A program made the translations under genes and the position numbers. 64,000 nt of DNA from assembly GCA_048882485.1 (NCBI GenBank), contig JBHLRP010000005.1, positions 2,601 through 66,600 on the forward strand, written 5' to 3'. The DNA comes from Candidatus Thorarchaeota archaeon. Lineage in GTDB: Archaea > Asgardarchaeota > Thorarchaeia > Thorarchaeales > Thorarchaeaceae. Of this stretch, positions 9,210-19,553 are shown in pieces. The notes below the pieces were generated by a model. The model saw only the letters and a list, made by a program, of their open reading frames with translations, did no database searches and was not told where the DNA came from. Positions within the stretch are counted from its first letter, which is position 1, and each line of letters begins with the position of its first letter.

Positions 9210-10808
9210 TTGGTACCGGATGGGAGTCCCATGATGAGGATGCAGGTCTTCCGCAGAAGGTTTGTGATAGCTGCTAGTCTGTTTCTAGTACTGCTTGTCT
9301 TTCCAGTATTTGTGAATCCCACCTCCGTGGATGGAGGAGGTTCGCCAGACTGCAATAATAAGGGGATCTACATCAAATCAAATGAGGACTTCCGTAAATA
9401 TGATTTTCCCGGCGAAGGGACCGAAGATAAACCATTCATCATAGAGGGACTTCAACTTGAAATAAAAGGATTCGGGATCAGAATCCGGGGTACAACTGCT
9501 CATTTCATAATCAGAGATTCTGTCTTTGAAGGTCAAAGCGGGGGATGGTACAGCACTGCTGTCTACCTTGCTAATGTCGAGAATGGAGTTATTGAGAACT
9601 GTGTCTTTTCTGGAGTGAATCGTGGTATTGGAATTCATAAATCTGAAAACATAGTGATACAGGGAAATGAAATCAGCTTTGTGAGATTTGGTATCCGAAT
9701 CAAGCATTCCTCATCATTACTGATCATGAATAACGACATCACCGACTCTGAATTGTTTGCTCTTTTCCTTGCATTCTCATTTGATTGCACTGTGACATAC
9801 AACACGATAGCTAATAATGACGGAATAGGAGTGTTTCTCTATGACTCCGGCTCTTGCACCTTATTTGGCAACTACTTTGAGTCTAACATGATGGGAAATG
9901 CAAGAGATATCCTTGGGGACCGTTCGGCAACTGACACAAACCTATGGGATGATGATGTAAGCCTTGGGAATGATTGGGATGATTATGAGGGCACAGGAGT
10001 GTATCCCATCTCTGGTGATAGAGGAAGTGTTGACCGATACCCAATTGGTTCAGATCCTGATTCCGTTGCACCGGAGTGGATCACAGCTCCGATAGAGCAG
10101 ACAATAGAATGTGGTGACACGTTCAAAATGGTTGTTGAAGCAGATGATGACAGCGGTATCTCAACCTATTGGATAGACGATACTGATCTCTTCAGCATTG
10201 AGTTTATTGATTCCAGCGTTGATTACAAGGCAAACATCACATGCAATCAGCCGCTGGCCTTTGGAGAATACACCGTTGAAGTTCGTGCCTATGACCCATT
10301 CAATAACTTTTGCTCCGCTACTTTCACAGTCATTGTACAGGACACTATCAGTCCAGAAATAGTGGGTCCAGCCGATGTAACATACAAGGAAGGGGAAACT
10401 GGCAAGAATCTTGAGTGGTCGGTTTCAGACCTCAATCCCTCATCATATGCGATCTTCGTAGATGGTGTGAAGGTTGATGATGGCTTATGGAATGAACCCT
10501 CCGGTACAATAGAAATATCCATTGATGGTCTAAGCGCAGGCGAGTACAAATACCGACTAGAAGTGTACGATCTTGGAGAAAATTCTGCATCCGATGAAGT
10601 CACCGTAAAGGTTGAAGGTAAGACTCCTGTTCCAACCACCACTCCAATTCCAAAGCCCAAGACAGAAGTCGGTGGCAATCCACCTACAGATGGATCTATG
10701 GCTGGACCATATATTGAACCAGTAGTAGTGGCAAGTGGCATAGGAATCCCAACCCTCCTGGGTTTTGCGATTCTCTTTGTCATTGGGAAAAGGCGTGAAG
10801 TTGCATAG
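9210..10808 (+). CDS. Cell-surface NosD/beta-helix protein with Ig-like stalk and C-terminal TM anchor
   Basis: Signal peptide, GEGTEDKPFIIEGL, beta-helix repeats, NLWDDD.SLGNDWDD, Pro/Thr linker, TM segment plus KRR tail. Confidence 0.85.
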   Translation: MVPDGSPMMRMQVFRRRFVIAASLFLVLLVFPVFVNPTSVDGGGSPDCNNKGIYIKSNEDFRKYDFPGEGTEDKPFIIEGLQLEIKGFGIRIRGTTAHFIIRDSVFEGQSGGWYSTAVYLANVENGVIENCVFSGVNRGIGIHKSENIVIQGNEISFVRFGIRIKHSSSLLIMNNDITDSELFALFLAFSFDCTVTYNTIANNDGIGVFLYDSGSCTLFGNYFESNMMGNARDILGDRSATDTNLWDDDVSLGNDWDDYEGTGVYPISGDRGSVDRYPIGSDPDSVAPEWITAPIEQTIECGDTFKMVVEADDDSGISTYWIDDTDLFSIEFIDSSVDYKANITCNQPLAFGEYTVEVRAYDPFNNFCSATFTVIVQDTISPEIVGPADVTYKEGETGKNLEWSVSDLNPSSYAIFVDGVKVDDGLWNEPSGTIEISIDGLSAGEYKYRLEVYDLGENSASDEVTVKVEGKTPVPTTTPIPKPKTEVGGNPPTDGSMAGPYIEPVVVASGIGIPTLLGFAILFVIGKRREVA

Positions 10809-11028
10809 ATCATGCAGCGAGAATAATTACCAGAGATGATGATTATTTGGTGAGCAAATTCACCATAAATCACACCGGGTGTACGGAGTCTTCGAAATAT
10901 CGACGAAGCTTTCTGTTTAATATACGAGTGATTTTACTAAGAAGCTTATGTATCCTATATCATATCATAATTGAATAGGAATGCACGCCCTCGCCATCGA
11001 GTCCTTTATTTAGTTGGGTGACGTGGAC

Positions 11029-13200
11029 ATGGAGAGGTGTCGTATGTTCAGTCAGAGGCCGATTCTTGCATTCAGCCTGATTCTCGCGTTTATAATTCTC
11101 CCAGTCCTGACAGAAGATGGCATGCTGCTTATTCTTGCAGACTCCCCTGCCTATTCCGACACTACCTCAACATCCGCGGGATATGTTTCTCACACCCCCA
11201 TATACATCAGCTCTGATGATGATTTCAGCAAGGAGTGGCCTGGAGAGGGGACAAAAGACAAGCCTTTCATTATTGAAGGACTTCATATCCAGTCCAATAT
11301 CTACTGTATCAAAATTGTAGGTACTATATCCTATTTCGTCATAAGGAACTGTCTTCTTGAGAATAAGGATGCTATAGTAGATGGCAAGGGAATAGAGATA
11401 GAACGAGTCAGCAATGGAGTGGTAGAGGACAGCATCGTGGGCGGAATGGCTACAGGGATCAGTTTGCTAAAAGTTCAGAATGTGAATATCAGTTCCTCCC
11501 AAATAGCAAAGGGAAAGGGAGGAGTTCGTCTTGAGAAGGTTTCTTCTTCAAGCATTAGTGGATGTGTAATTTCTGAATTCGACTACGGAGTCTACGCATA
11601 CAAAATTGATTCTACAACTCTAATTGGCAATGACATTGAAATCATCACAAGCGGCATCATCGCGGATACATGCACAGACACGAAGATAGTTGAAAATGTG
11701 ATTGAGAGTGCTAGCAACGGACTGTCTCTATACTCTAGCGAACGATTGAGCATTTCGTCCAATTCGATCGTCAATGTGCGAAATAATATCTACACCAAAT
11801 TCACGCATAACTCCTCGATTCTCCATAATGTCATCCAGGACGGGGAGAACGGGATTTTCCTAGATTCATCCAACGGGAATGCTGTTTCATCTAACAACAT
11901 CAGTACTATGAAAAGCAATGCAATCTATGTAATTCACTCGTGGTACAACAACTATACAGCAAACGACATAGTCGACAATGAAGGAGTTGGGGCATACTTC
12001 TATGACTCAGCCTATTGTATGCTTTACGCCAATTATATCGGGTACAACCTCAGAGGGAATGCCTATGACTTCGTTGGTCCGGCAACTAAATCCCTCCTTA
12101 ACAATTGGGATGACGGTATCAGTTTGGGTAATGCTTGGGGCGGCATATCGAACTTCGATCCCTATCCCATTGTCGGTGATCGAGGGAGCCTTGATCGATA
12201 TCCAGTCCCAATTCTTACCACAGGCAATCCTCCCGATTTCAAAGTCGAGGCTGGATTCGCAAGCAAGATCGTTTGGAATGCTTCCGCAGTCCGGCCTGAT
12301 TATTACAAGGTAGAGCAAGATGGCTTCACTCTTGAGGAGGGAGCTTGGAATGGGAAACCCATTGATGTAGAACTTCCTTCTCTTGATCCTGGGATGTATA
12401 AATTCACTCTTCGCGTCAACACAACTGATGGGAGGAGAATGAGTCATTCATTGCAAATCACTTCCGTTGACACGACGCCACCTAAATGGCTTACTCCTCC
12501 AGTGGATGAAATGATAGAGCAAGGAGATCGAGTCATGATCGCTATAGAGGCATTCGATCTCTATGGAATCTCCACTTATTGGGTCAATGATACTGATCAT
12601 TTCTCCATAGATGTTGACGGGACCTTGCTTGACACTGAGGTGCTGCCATTGGGCATTTATCCCGTAGAAGTTAGGGCCTACGATCCATCTATGAATTTCA
12701 TTTTCACGGAGATAGTAATCACCGTTGAAGATACAATCATTCCAGAAATAGATGGTCCTACTGATTTCGCCTACGACGAGGGAGGCACTGGTAATTCTAT
12801 ATCCTGGTCTATTAGCGACCGGAATCCATTTTCGTATCAGGTATATCTCAATGGGGAATTAATTGAAACTGCTGACTGGACTCTGCCTATCCATATCATA
12901 GAGGTGTCAGTGGATGGCCTCTCTCCAGGTACACACATCTATCGGTTGGAGTTGTTCGACTTAGCAGGCAACACAGCTAGTGATGAAGTGACTGTCATAG
13001 TGAATCCAAAACCCTCCGAAACCACTACAGAGACTACAACTTCAGGAACGACTGAAACGACGAGCATTTCTCCACCTACATCTACCCCGCCCCCAACTGA
13101 ACCAACTGCTGCAAATGGCACATTGCTGATAACTGGGATTGCAGGAGTAGCAGTTCTTGGTGCGGCAGCTATCATTCTAATGATGAGGAAGAGAGGGTAG
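11029..13200 (+). CDS. Cell-surface NosD/beta-helix protein, tandem paralog of the upstream gene
   Basis: Same architecture with a longer beta-helix and an extra Ig-like unit; Thr-rich linker, TM segment, RKRG tail. Confidence 0.85.
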   Translation: MERCRMFSQRPILAFSLILAFIILPVLTEDGMLLILADSPAYSDTTSTSAGYVSHTPIYISSDDDFSKEWPGEGTKDKPFIIEGLHIQSNIYCIKIVGTISYFVIRNCLLENKDAIVDGKGIEIERVSNGVVEDSIVGGMATGISLLKVQNVNISSSQIAKGKGGVRLEKVSSSSISGCVISEFDYGVYAYKIDSTTLIGNDIEIITSGIIADTCTDTKIVENVIESASNGLSLYSSERLSISSNSIVNVRNNIYTKFTHNSSILHNVIQDGENGIFLDSSNGNAVSSNNISTMKSNAIYVIHSWYNNYTANDIVDNEGVGAYFYDSAYCMLYANYIGYNLRGNAYDFVGPATKSLLNNWDDGISLGNAWGGISNFDPYPIVGDRGSLDRYPVPILTTGNPPDFKVEAGFASKIVWNASAVRPDYYKVEQDGFTLEEGAWNGKPIDVELPSLDPGMYKFTLRVNTTDGRRMSHSLQITSVDTTPPKWLTPPVDEMIEQGDRVMIAIEAFDLYGISTYWVNDTDHFSIDVDGTLLDTEVLPLGIYPVEVRAYDPSMNFIFTEIVITVEDTIIPEIDGPTDFAYDEGGTGNSISWSISDRNPFSYQVYLNGELIETADWTLPIHIIEVSVDGLSPGTHIYRLELFDLAGNTASDEVTVIVNPKPSETTTETTTSGTTETTSISPPTSTPPPTEPTAANGTLLITGIAGVAVLGAAAIILMMRKRG

Positions 13201-13218
13201 ACTCCAAAGCTTGAACCA

Positions 13219-14718
13219 TCATTCCACGCGATAAGCCAACGCCTCTTTATCCTTTTGCCTACTGGTTGTTAATTCAACTGGATCAGGTGTCTGCATTTGC
13301 TGTTCTGCAAAATCATCGCATTTTGGCACATCCAGCGTCAGCGCATATCTAATGACCAAGACGCCTGCTAATGAAACAAAGGCGCACCCGGTCAGCGTCA
13401 AAGGAAATCCAAAGGTCGGGATGAACCATCCAAAGAATACAATCTGAGGAATCGCGAGCAAGAGAAGGATGGTGGGCTGAAGTGAGTAAATGGAATTCCT
13501 ATTGCGATTGGGTATTGCATCCAAAAGAACTCTCTGAGTAAGAATCTCAGCAAATCCCCCGAAGAACACTGTCACTGTGAAGAGTGTGAAGAGAAGTGCT
13601 ACTGGTATCACATGGATGATGGGCAGCTCGATTAGAACCAGAGATGTGAATGGCAAAAGCACTGTGACCATCTCTGCCCCTTCAGCTGTGGGAGGGAAAA
13701 TAGTCATCACAAGCGCTAGTACTATATAGAATGCAAATCCACATGCTTGCAGCAGACGAAATCGGGGTATCCATTTCTTGGGTTCAAACCTCTGAGACCA
13801 AATACCGGATCTCTCGTTTGCGGCAACTCCAGGTAGAAAGGCAAGAGTTCTGAATGATGCGACCGCGACATCAGTGATGAGATACGAGAAGTATAGGGGA
13901 AATAGGATCAGCTCGCCCCAGACAGAGATTGCACTCGTCGCTAACATTGTGCCAAAAATCAGGTATTTTACAAATGGTGTTCGCCAAAGGTAGCTGACTC
14001 CTTCCTTCAAGAGAGTGATATATTCTCCCATCGAGGGTCGTTCCTCTCTCATCGCCTCAACTTCTGGAAAATCACGAATATACCTCATGACCAGCATTGC
14101 GAAAATGAACGCACCCACTGCTTCAATCTGGAAGACAAATGGCCTCCGGAACACAACCGCAAGAATGCTTCCTGGAATGAGAGCAGCTGTTGCAGCAATC
14201 TGGGAGATCATTCCCATACGACCCCAGAATACCCCGTACTTTTTCCTGTCCTCATCTTGAGGCATTGCGACCTTGTAGTTATTGTCAAACCATGCATCCC
14301 AAGCTCCAGATATCTGGGACTGCGCTACTCCTTGCATGGCATATATGGCGGCTAGATAAGCAAAGGGAGTTTCTGAGGTGACAAAGGATACCATAAAGAA
14401 AGTGACACCGTAAAGTGAGTTACCCAATGCAATAACGTATCTTTGGCCTATCCAATCTCCAAGTGCTCCACTCGGATAATCCAAAACGGTCTGCACAACC
14501 ATCTGAATAGCAATTAGAATTCCCAAAAAGCTAAGGCCCTGAATGAAGTCGCCTCCACCAAGTGCCTCTGCTACGAAAATCGTATAGAAGGTAGAGCTGA
14601 GCGTGAAGATGGCGCTGGCGGTTGGAAGGAGAATCATCAGTACTTTGCCAAGGTGAATCGCCTTCTCATCAGCCTCAGTGAATCCCATGAATGTCGAGGT
14701 TCTGCTCATTGTTGTCAA
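13219..14718 (-). CDS. MFS transporter
   Basis: About 12 hydrophobic segments, DYPSGALGDWIGQR (motif A-like). Confidence 0.85.
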   Translation of the reverse strand: MTTMSRTSTFMGFTEADEKAIHLGKVLMILLPTASAIFTLSSTFYTIFVAEALGGGDFIQGLSFLGILIAIQMVVQTVLDYPSGALGDWIGQRYVIALGNSLYGVTFFMVSFVTSETPFAYLAAIYAMQGVAQSQISGAWDAWFDNNYKVAMPQDEDRKKYGVFWGRMGMISQIAATAALIPGSILAVVFRRPFVFQIEAVGAFIFAMLVMRYIRDFPEVEAMREERPSMGEYITLLKEGVSYLWRTPFVKYLIFGTMLATSAISVWGELILFPLYFSYLITDVAVASFRTLAFLPGVAANERSGIWSQRFEPKKWIPRFRLLQACGFAFYIVLALVMTIFPPTAEGAEMVTVLLPFTSLVLIELPIIHVIPVALLFTLFTVTVFFGGFAEILTQRVLLDAIPNRNRNSIYSLQPTILLLLAIPQIVFFGWFIPTFGFPLTLTGCAFVSLAGVLVIRYALTLDVPKCDDFAEQQMQTPDPVELTTSRQKDKEALAYRVE

Positions 14719-15065
14719 TGCTCCTCTCTAGTCTAGATTGAAGTGAGAATGTTACCATATAACGGAGAGCCACTTGTTGGGGTCGCAATTGGTGACTATT
14801 CCCTTTCCATCAGCGCAATGCAACTAGCGCTTCAATTCTGGATTGGGACTGTTGCCAGAATTGTAGCTCCTTTCCCTTCCAGCAGAGTTAGAAGTTCTGT
14901 AGAACTATTGTGGACATCAAACAACTGGTCCCTGACCCTGGCGGCTGCTCGGCTGAGCATTGGCGCTCCAATCAATGCCTCCATTATACATTCGCTTCTA
15001 AACCAGCTGCTTCTTGAACCATTAGGTTTAGGTGGAGTCTATTATTAGCCCTAAATGAAACTAGA

Positions 15066-15503
15066 ATGTCCGACCCAAGGATTCAACTAAGGGAGATGGT
15101 TGAGAATAATATCAGTTCCATCCAGCTGATGAGTGACAGGTTGGGTGTTGAGGTGGATAAAGTTGCATCCATGCTTAATGAGATGGTAACTGAAGGCTCG
15201 CTTGAAGGTAAAATCACTCTAGATGGTCTACGCTTCTTTAGAAAAGATGTGGAGGTTTCCAAGGCTCCAAAGATTGAGATATCTGATGAGGGCCCTGCCT
15301 TTTTGAGATATGACTCCCGGCCGGGTAGGATCATCGCCATTATTGGACTCGTTGTTGTATTCATCGGAATGGGAGTTTCGTACTTCGCAGCTGAAAGTCA
15401 ATCATTAACCCTTCTAAATCAGGCAATAGCGGCGATTGGTATTGGTATTCTTCTGATGATTATTGGCGGCTACCAGGTTAGTCGACGACCAACCCCAATG
15501 TAG
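15066..15503 (+). CDS. Membrane protein with N-terminal PCI/wHTH-like segment and two C-terminal TM helices
   Basis: MSDRLGVEVDKVASMLNEMVTEGSLEGKI resembles a PCI-type winged helix; two hydrophobic segments. Confidence 0.65.
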   Translation: MSDPRIQLREMVENNISSIQLMSDRLGVEVDKVASMLNEMVTEGSLEGKITLDGLRFFRKDVEVSKAPKIEISDEGPAFLRYDSRPGRIIAIIGLVVVFIGMGVSYFAAESQSLTLLNQAIAAIGIGILLMIIGGYQVSRRPTPM

Positions 15504-15576
15504 TCTGATATAGGGACTTGATAGGATTCCTTAAGTATAGGAAGATTCGCCCCGGCTCTTAGGACGGAGCTCATAG

Positions 15577-16512
15577 ATGCAAGCGATGATTGTCGAAGTT
15601 CTGCTAATAGCTATTTATGCTGTAGCAGTGGGAACAATTGCCTCCATGGTAGGAATTGGCGGTGGCATCTTCAACACTCCGTTATTGATTATTGTCTTCT
15701 TCTTCGATGCACAGCATGCCTCAGCTACGGCTCTAGTTGCTGCATTGTTCGTTGCTGCAGCCAGCACACCAAAATACTGGAGACAGAATCCTCGTCCAAT
15801 CATTCCCAAGGCGGGGTTGTTTCTAGCTATCACCACAATCCCGGGTTCTTTGACCGGTGTTTTCTTGCGGACCCTGATTGCGGAGGAATATGCACTTCGT
15901 CTGATATTCGGCCTCTCTCTCTTCCCAGTTGCAATCAAGATGCTCTTTGCTAAGAAACGAAAGAACGATGATAGCAAATCAGAGATCGAGAACTATAATT
16001 TCTCGGCGCTGTCAAATCAGCGATTGGCGTTCTCTCTAGTTGGTGCCTTTATTGGCGGTGTGGCAGCTGGTCTACTCGGCATAGGTGGAGGTGCAGTGAT
16101 AGTTCCCGTGCTGAGTCTTCTCATGGGTCTACCGATGCTGGCGGCTGTTTCCACATCGATGTTCACAATGGTCTTTACTGCTTCAGCTGGGACGGCATTG
16201 AACTATGTTACAGGATTCATCGATCCGGCTTATGCTTTAGCACTTGGCGCAGGAATGGTGGTTGGAGGACAGATTGGTCCTCCATTAGCAGCTCGAGTGA
16301 ACGCGGTTCAACTAAGGAGAGCCTTTGGTCTGGTTTTGGTTTTCCCACTTATCAAAATGATGAGGCTGGGGTCTCTATGGCTGGATCCAGCGAATCAATA
16401 CTCATTGATTTCCACTATGGGCGACATCATTATCTGGCTCGCCATTGTGGTACCAATTGGCCTGATTAGATTCTATCAAATTCGGAAGAACTCTGAAGAA
16501 AATGAGACCTAG
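15577..16512 (+). CDS. TauE/SafE (TSUP) family sulfite/anion exporter
   Basis: Duplicated GIGGG...P motif in both halves; highly hydrophobic. Confidence 0.9.
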   Translation: MQAMIVEVLLIAIYAVAVGTIASMVGIGGGIFNTPLLIIVFFFDAQHASATALVAALFVAAASTPKYWRQNPRPIIPKAGLFLAITTIPGSLTGVFLRTLIAEEYALRLIFGLSLFPVAIKMLFAKKRKNDDSKSEIENYNFSALSNQRLAFSLVGAFIGGVAAGLLGIGGGAVIVPVLSLLMGLPMLAAVSTSMFTMVFTASAGTALNYVTGFIDPAYALALGAGMVVGGQIGPPLAARVNAVQLRRAFGLVLVFPLIKMMRLGSLWLDPANQYSLISTMGDIIIWLAIVVPIGLIRFYQIRKNSEENET

Positions 16513-16625
16513 CAATAATATCTCATAGATATTCACCAATCACCAAAAATCAGTATGAATCTTGACTGTTTATATGGGGGTCCCGGATTAGTCAATGTCA
16601 ACATTATTATTGGAGAGAGAACAGG

Positions 16626-17393
16626 ATGGTGAAATACGACCTCACTGATAGAGTGGTCATCATAACAGGAGCTTCCGCTGGCTTGGGAGAGCAATTTGCT
16701 CACGGGTTTGCAGAATCCGGCGCGCATGTTGTGCTTGCAGCTCGCAGAATAGAGCTGTTGGAGAAAATCGCCAAAGAAGTTGCTGAGAAATACAATGTAA
16801 GAGCAATTCCCGTTATGTGTGATGTTACCAAGGAGGAAGATATAGTTAAGCTTGTCAAGACCACAGTCGACAAGCTTGGCACGGTCGATGTATTGGTAAA
16901 CAATGCTGGGATGTACATAGTTAAGCCACTGATTGAACAGACTCTGAAAGACTGGAATAAAGTGATGGATGTCAATCTCACCTCGGCATTCTTGGCGACA
17001 CGAGAAGTGGCCAAGGTGATGATTCCAAAGAAATTTGGCTGCATCATCAATATCTCATCAACATTCGGATTTGGAGGGACCAAGTTTACTGAGATTAGCT
17101 ACTACACCTCGAAGGGTGGTATGGTGGCTATGACCAAGGCACTAGCTGTTGAGCTTGGAGAACACAATATTAGAGTCAATGCTATCGCCCCTGGCTTCTT
17201 TCCCACTGCAATGTCAATCGAAGCACTGCGCGATAAGAAAATAGCAAACACGATGATTAAGCCTCGGACCGCCTTACCTATGTTCGCCGAGAATGAATGG
17301 ATAAGAGGTGCGGCATGTTTTCTTGCTAGTGATGATGCGATATACATTACCGGTCACACACTGGCAGTAGATGGAGGGTGGCTCGCGTTCTAG
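16626..17393 (+). CDS. Short-chain dehydrogenase/reductase (FabG-like)
   Basis: TGASAGLG, NNAG, YxxxK (YYTSK), VNAIAPG, VDGG. Confidence 0.95.
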   Translation: MVKYDLTDRVVIITGASAGLGEQFAHGFAESGAHVVLAARRIELLEKIAKEVAEKYNVRAIPVMCDVTKEEDIVKLVKTTVDKLGTVDVLVNNAGMYIVKPLIEQTLKDWNKVMDVNLTSAFLATREVAKVMIPKKFGCIINISSTFGFGGTKFTEISYYTSKGGMVAMTKALAVELGEHNIRVNAIAPGFFPTAMSIEALRDKKIANTMIKPRTALPMFAENEWIRGAACFLASDDAIYITGHTLAVDGGWLAF

Positions 17394-17866
17394 GACAAAT
17401 CTGTGACACAGGTTAGTGCTTCTTCCGCATCCTCCTTCATGTCTTTCAACATATGCTTAATATGAGGCATATCATTTCCATAGGTTTCCATCAACATTTG
17501 CAGCACTTTGATTTCATCTTTCAACCTATCAACGACTTTCTTTAGCCCGATTCGCATTATCGAATTGGCACCTTTGGAAAGGCGATATAGATGCCGCTTT
17601 CGACCTCTCCCTCTCTGAGATGGGTCAGACTGCCATGTTATCACACCAAGACTCTCAAGCTGAGAGAGAATTAGGCCTATGTTGCTACGAGAATATCCTG
17701 TATATTCAGCGATTTCATCAGCGCCAAGCATGTCATTATTCTCGAATTCATTGATTGCCAAAGCGGCTAAGGCTAAACCAGCATATCGCCCCAATCCCAA
17801 CCATTCTGAATGCTTTTCGAAGAAATGTACAAGATCACGATTGGAGGGGGAATTTAGGTCAAGCAT
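17390..17866 (-). CDS. GbsR/MarR-like winged-helix regulator
   Basis: ADEIAEYTGYSRSNIG HTH, wing GRGRKRHLY, C-terminal coiled coil. Confidence 0.8.
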   Translation of the reverse strand: MLDLNSPSNRDLVHFFEKHSEWLGLGRYAGLALAALAINEFENNDMLGADEIAEYTGYSRSNIGLILSQLESLGVITWQSDPSQRGRGRKRHLYRLSKGANSIMRIGLKKVVDRLKDEIKVLQMLMETYGNDMPHIKHMLKDMKEDAEEALTCVTDLS

Positions 17867-18055
17867 AAGATGAATTGCTCCTAATTTAATAATACAAATA
17901 ATTCCTATATATATTACTATTATTGCATTGAATCAGCGGAGGGTCTTGTTGTTGGGACAAATTGACATGATAGTGCACCTTCTCTTCTGCTGGCTAAAAG
18001 AGATAGAGACACTTATTAACAATAGTTATCCAAGTCTTGTTTCGAGGGTTCAACT

Positions 18056-18535
18056 TTGACTGATGAGAAATTAACTCTCAACGAGTTTCACAAAAAACTG
18101 GGCGCAAGGACCAATGGTGGCGTCTGGGGCGTTCTAGATAATGCCAATCCAACAGATGCTGAGCTTGAAGATGCTCTTGAAATGGCCTACACATCTCGCT
18201 ATCATTGGAAGCAAGTGGGCACACTGACAAACGATGTTCGAGCTGTGTACATGATCTCTCGAGTCTTCTCTCACATGAAGAATGGGGACCAAGCTGTTAG
18301 ATATGCAAATCTTATGTATGATCTGGCAAAGAAGGCTGAGAAGGAGGATAGTGACAACTGGGCCAATTTTGACATGCCTTTCGTCTATGAGGCAATCGCC
18401 AAAGCCCATGCTGCAGCAGGCAACAAGGACGAATGCAAGAAATACACCAAGATGTCCCAGGAGCTCATTGATATACTTGAGGATAAACAAGACCGTGAGA
18501 TTTGTCAGGGCGAGCTCGATAAGGTCAAGTGCTGA
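18056..18535 (+). CDS. Conserved hypothetical alpha-helical protein
   Basis: AYTSRYHW...RAVYMISRV...FVYEAIAKA pattern; TTG start. Confidence 0.7.
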   Translation: MTDEKLTLNEFHKKLGARTNGGVWGVLDNANPTDAELEDALEMAYTSRYHWKQVGTLTNDVRAVYMISRVFSHMKNGDQAVRYANLMYDLAKKAEKEDSDNWANFDMPFVYEAIAKAHAAAGNKDECKKYTKMSQELIDILEDKQDREICQGELDKVKC

Positions 18536-18608
18536 TTTACGAACCAGTTGCTTGAGAGGAGCTGCTTAAAGCAGGAATGCGAGGTATGTGCTCCTAGGTG
18601 AGAGAGCA

Positions 18609-19514
18609 TTGCGTTCATTCCCTTATGTACAGACTAGCGTATTCACTGATGAAAGGTATGGTTTTGGCGGAAATCAACTTGCGACGTTTTGGAACTCCAA
18701 GCGGAATTTCGACCTAACTACTGAAGAAATGCAGGGCATGGCTCTGGAATTCAACTTCTCTGAAACAACATTCATACTGTCTTCTGAGAAGCCTCATTGC
18801 GCCGCGAAGGTACGAATCTTTACTCCTGGAGCAGAGATTCCATTTGCAGGACACCCAACTCTGGGCACTGCCTTTGTTATGAAGCACAAGGGCCTCATCT
18901 CTGATGAGGCAGAGTCTGCCAACCTTGAGCTCGGCATTGGACCTACTCAGGTAGAGTTTCCTTCGGGCGATACAATTCTGATGAAACAGAATAAGCCAGA
19001 GTTTCTTGCGGAATTCGACGACATTGAGGCAATCGCGCAAGCTGTTCAGGTTGATTCAGATGCCATTTCAAACGATAGCCCCATTCAGTGGGTTTCAACA
19101 GGATTCCCCTTTTTGATCGTTCAATTGAAAAGCCTGAAGGCTGTTCAATCAGCCGAACCAAGCCCAAACGAAATCATGAGTTCATTGGCTGGTCAACTGA
19201 GTCAGGAGATTGTCATCTTCTCAAAAGAGACAATCCATGACGAGTCTTCTGTCCATGCACGGATGTTCGCACCAGGAGTTGGTGTTCTGGAGGATCCTGC
19301 GACAGGAAGTGCCGCTGGGCCGCTTGGAGCCTATGTGCGGAAATATGATGTTCAAGCTGGAATTGATGTCGTTGAACCAGTTATTATCGAGCAGGGATAT
19401 GAGATTAGGAGACCCAGCAACCTAATCTCACAGGTTATTGGCGGTGCCAAATTCGAGGGAATGAAGGTTTCAGGTAAAGTCAAGCTCATTGCGGAAGGTA
19501 ACTTCTATTTGTAG
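18609..19514 (+). CDS. PhzF family isomerase/epimerase
   Basis: GNQLA, SETTF, RIFTP.EIPFAGHPTLG, EDPATGSA; GGTGAG SD before TTG 18609. Confidence 0.92.
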   Translation: MRSFPYVQTSVFTDERYGFGGNQLATFWNSKRNFDLTTEEMQGMALEFNFSETTFILSSEKPHCAAKVRIFTPGAEIPFAGHPTLGTAFVMKHKGLISDEAESANLELGIGPTQVEFPSGDTILMKQNKPEFLAEFDDIEAIAQAVQVDSDAISNDSPIQWVSTGFPFLIVQLKSLKAVQSAEPSPNEIMSSLAGQLSQEIVIFSKETIHDESSVHARMFAPGVGVLEDPATGSAAGPLGAYVRKYDVQAGIDVVEPVIIEQGYEIRRPSNLISQVIGGAKFEGMKVSGKVKLIAEGNFYL

Positions 19515-19542
19515 TGGGAAGAGCGTGAAACCGCTCTTCCCA
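19515..19542. terminator. Perfect 11-bp hairpin between convergent genes (candidate bidirectional terminator)
   Basis: TGGGAAGAGCG-tgaaac-CGCTCTTCCCA in the 39-bp gap between two stop codons. Confidence 0.6.
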
Positions 19543-19553
19543 TCACATTTCTA

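Noticed and set aside
14743-15048. 101-aa plus-strand ORF and a 50-aa minus-strand ORF in the same gap
   Set aside because: No motif or clear SD; the gap remains unexplained and neither ORF can be supported
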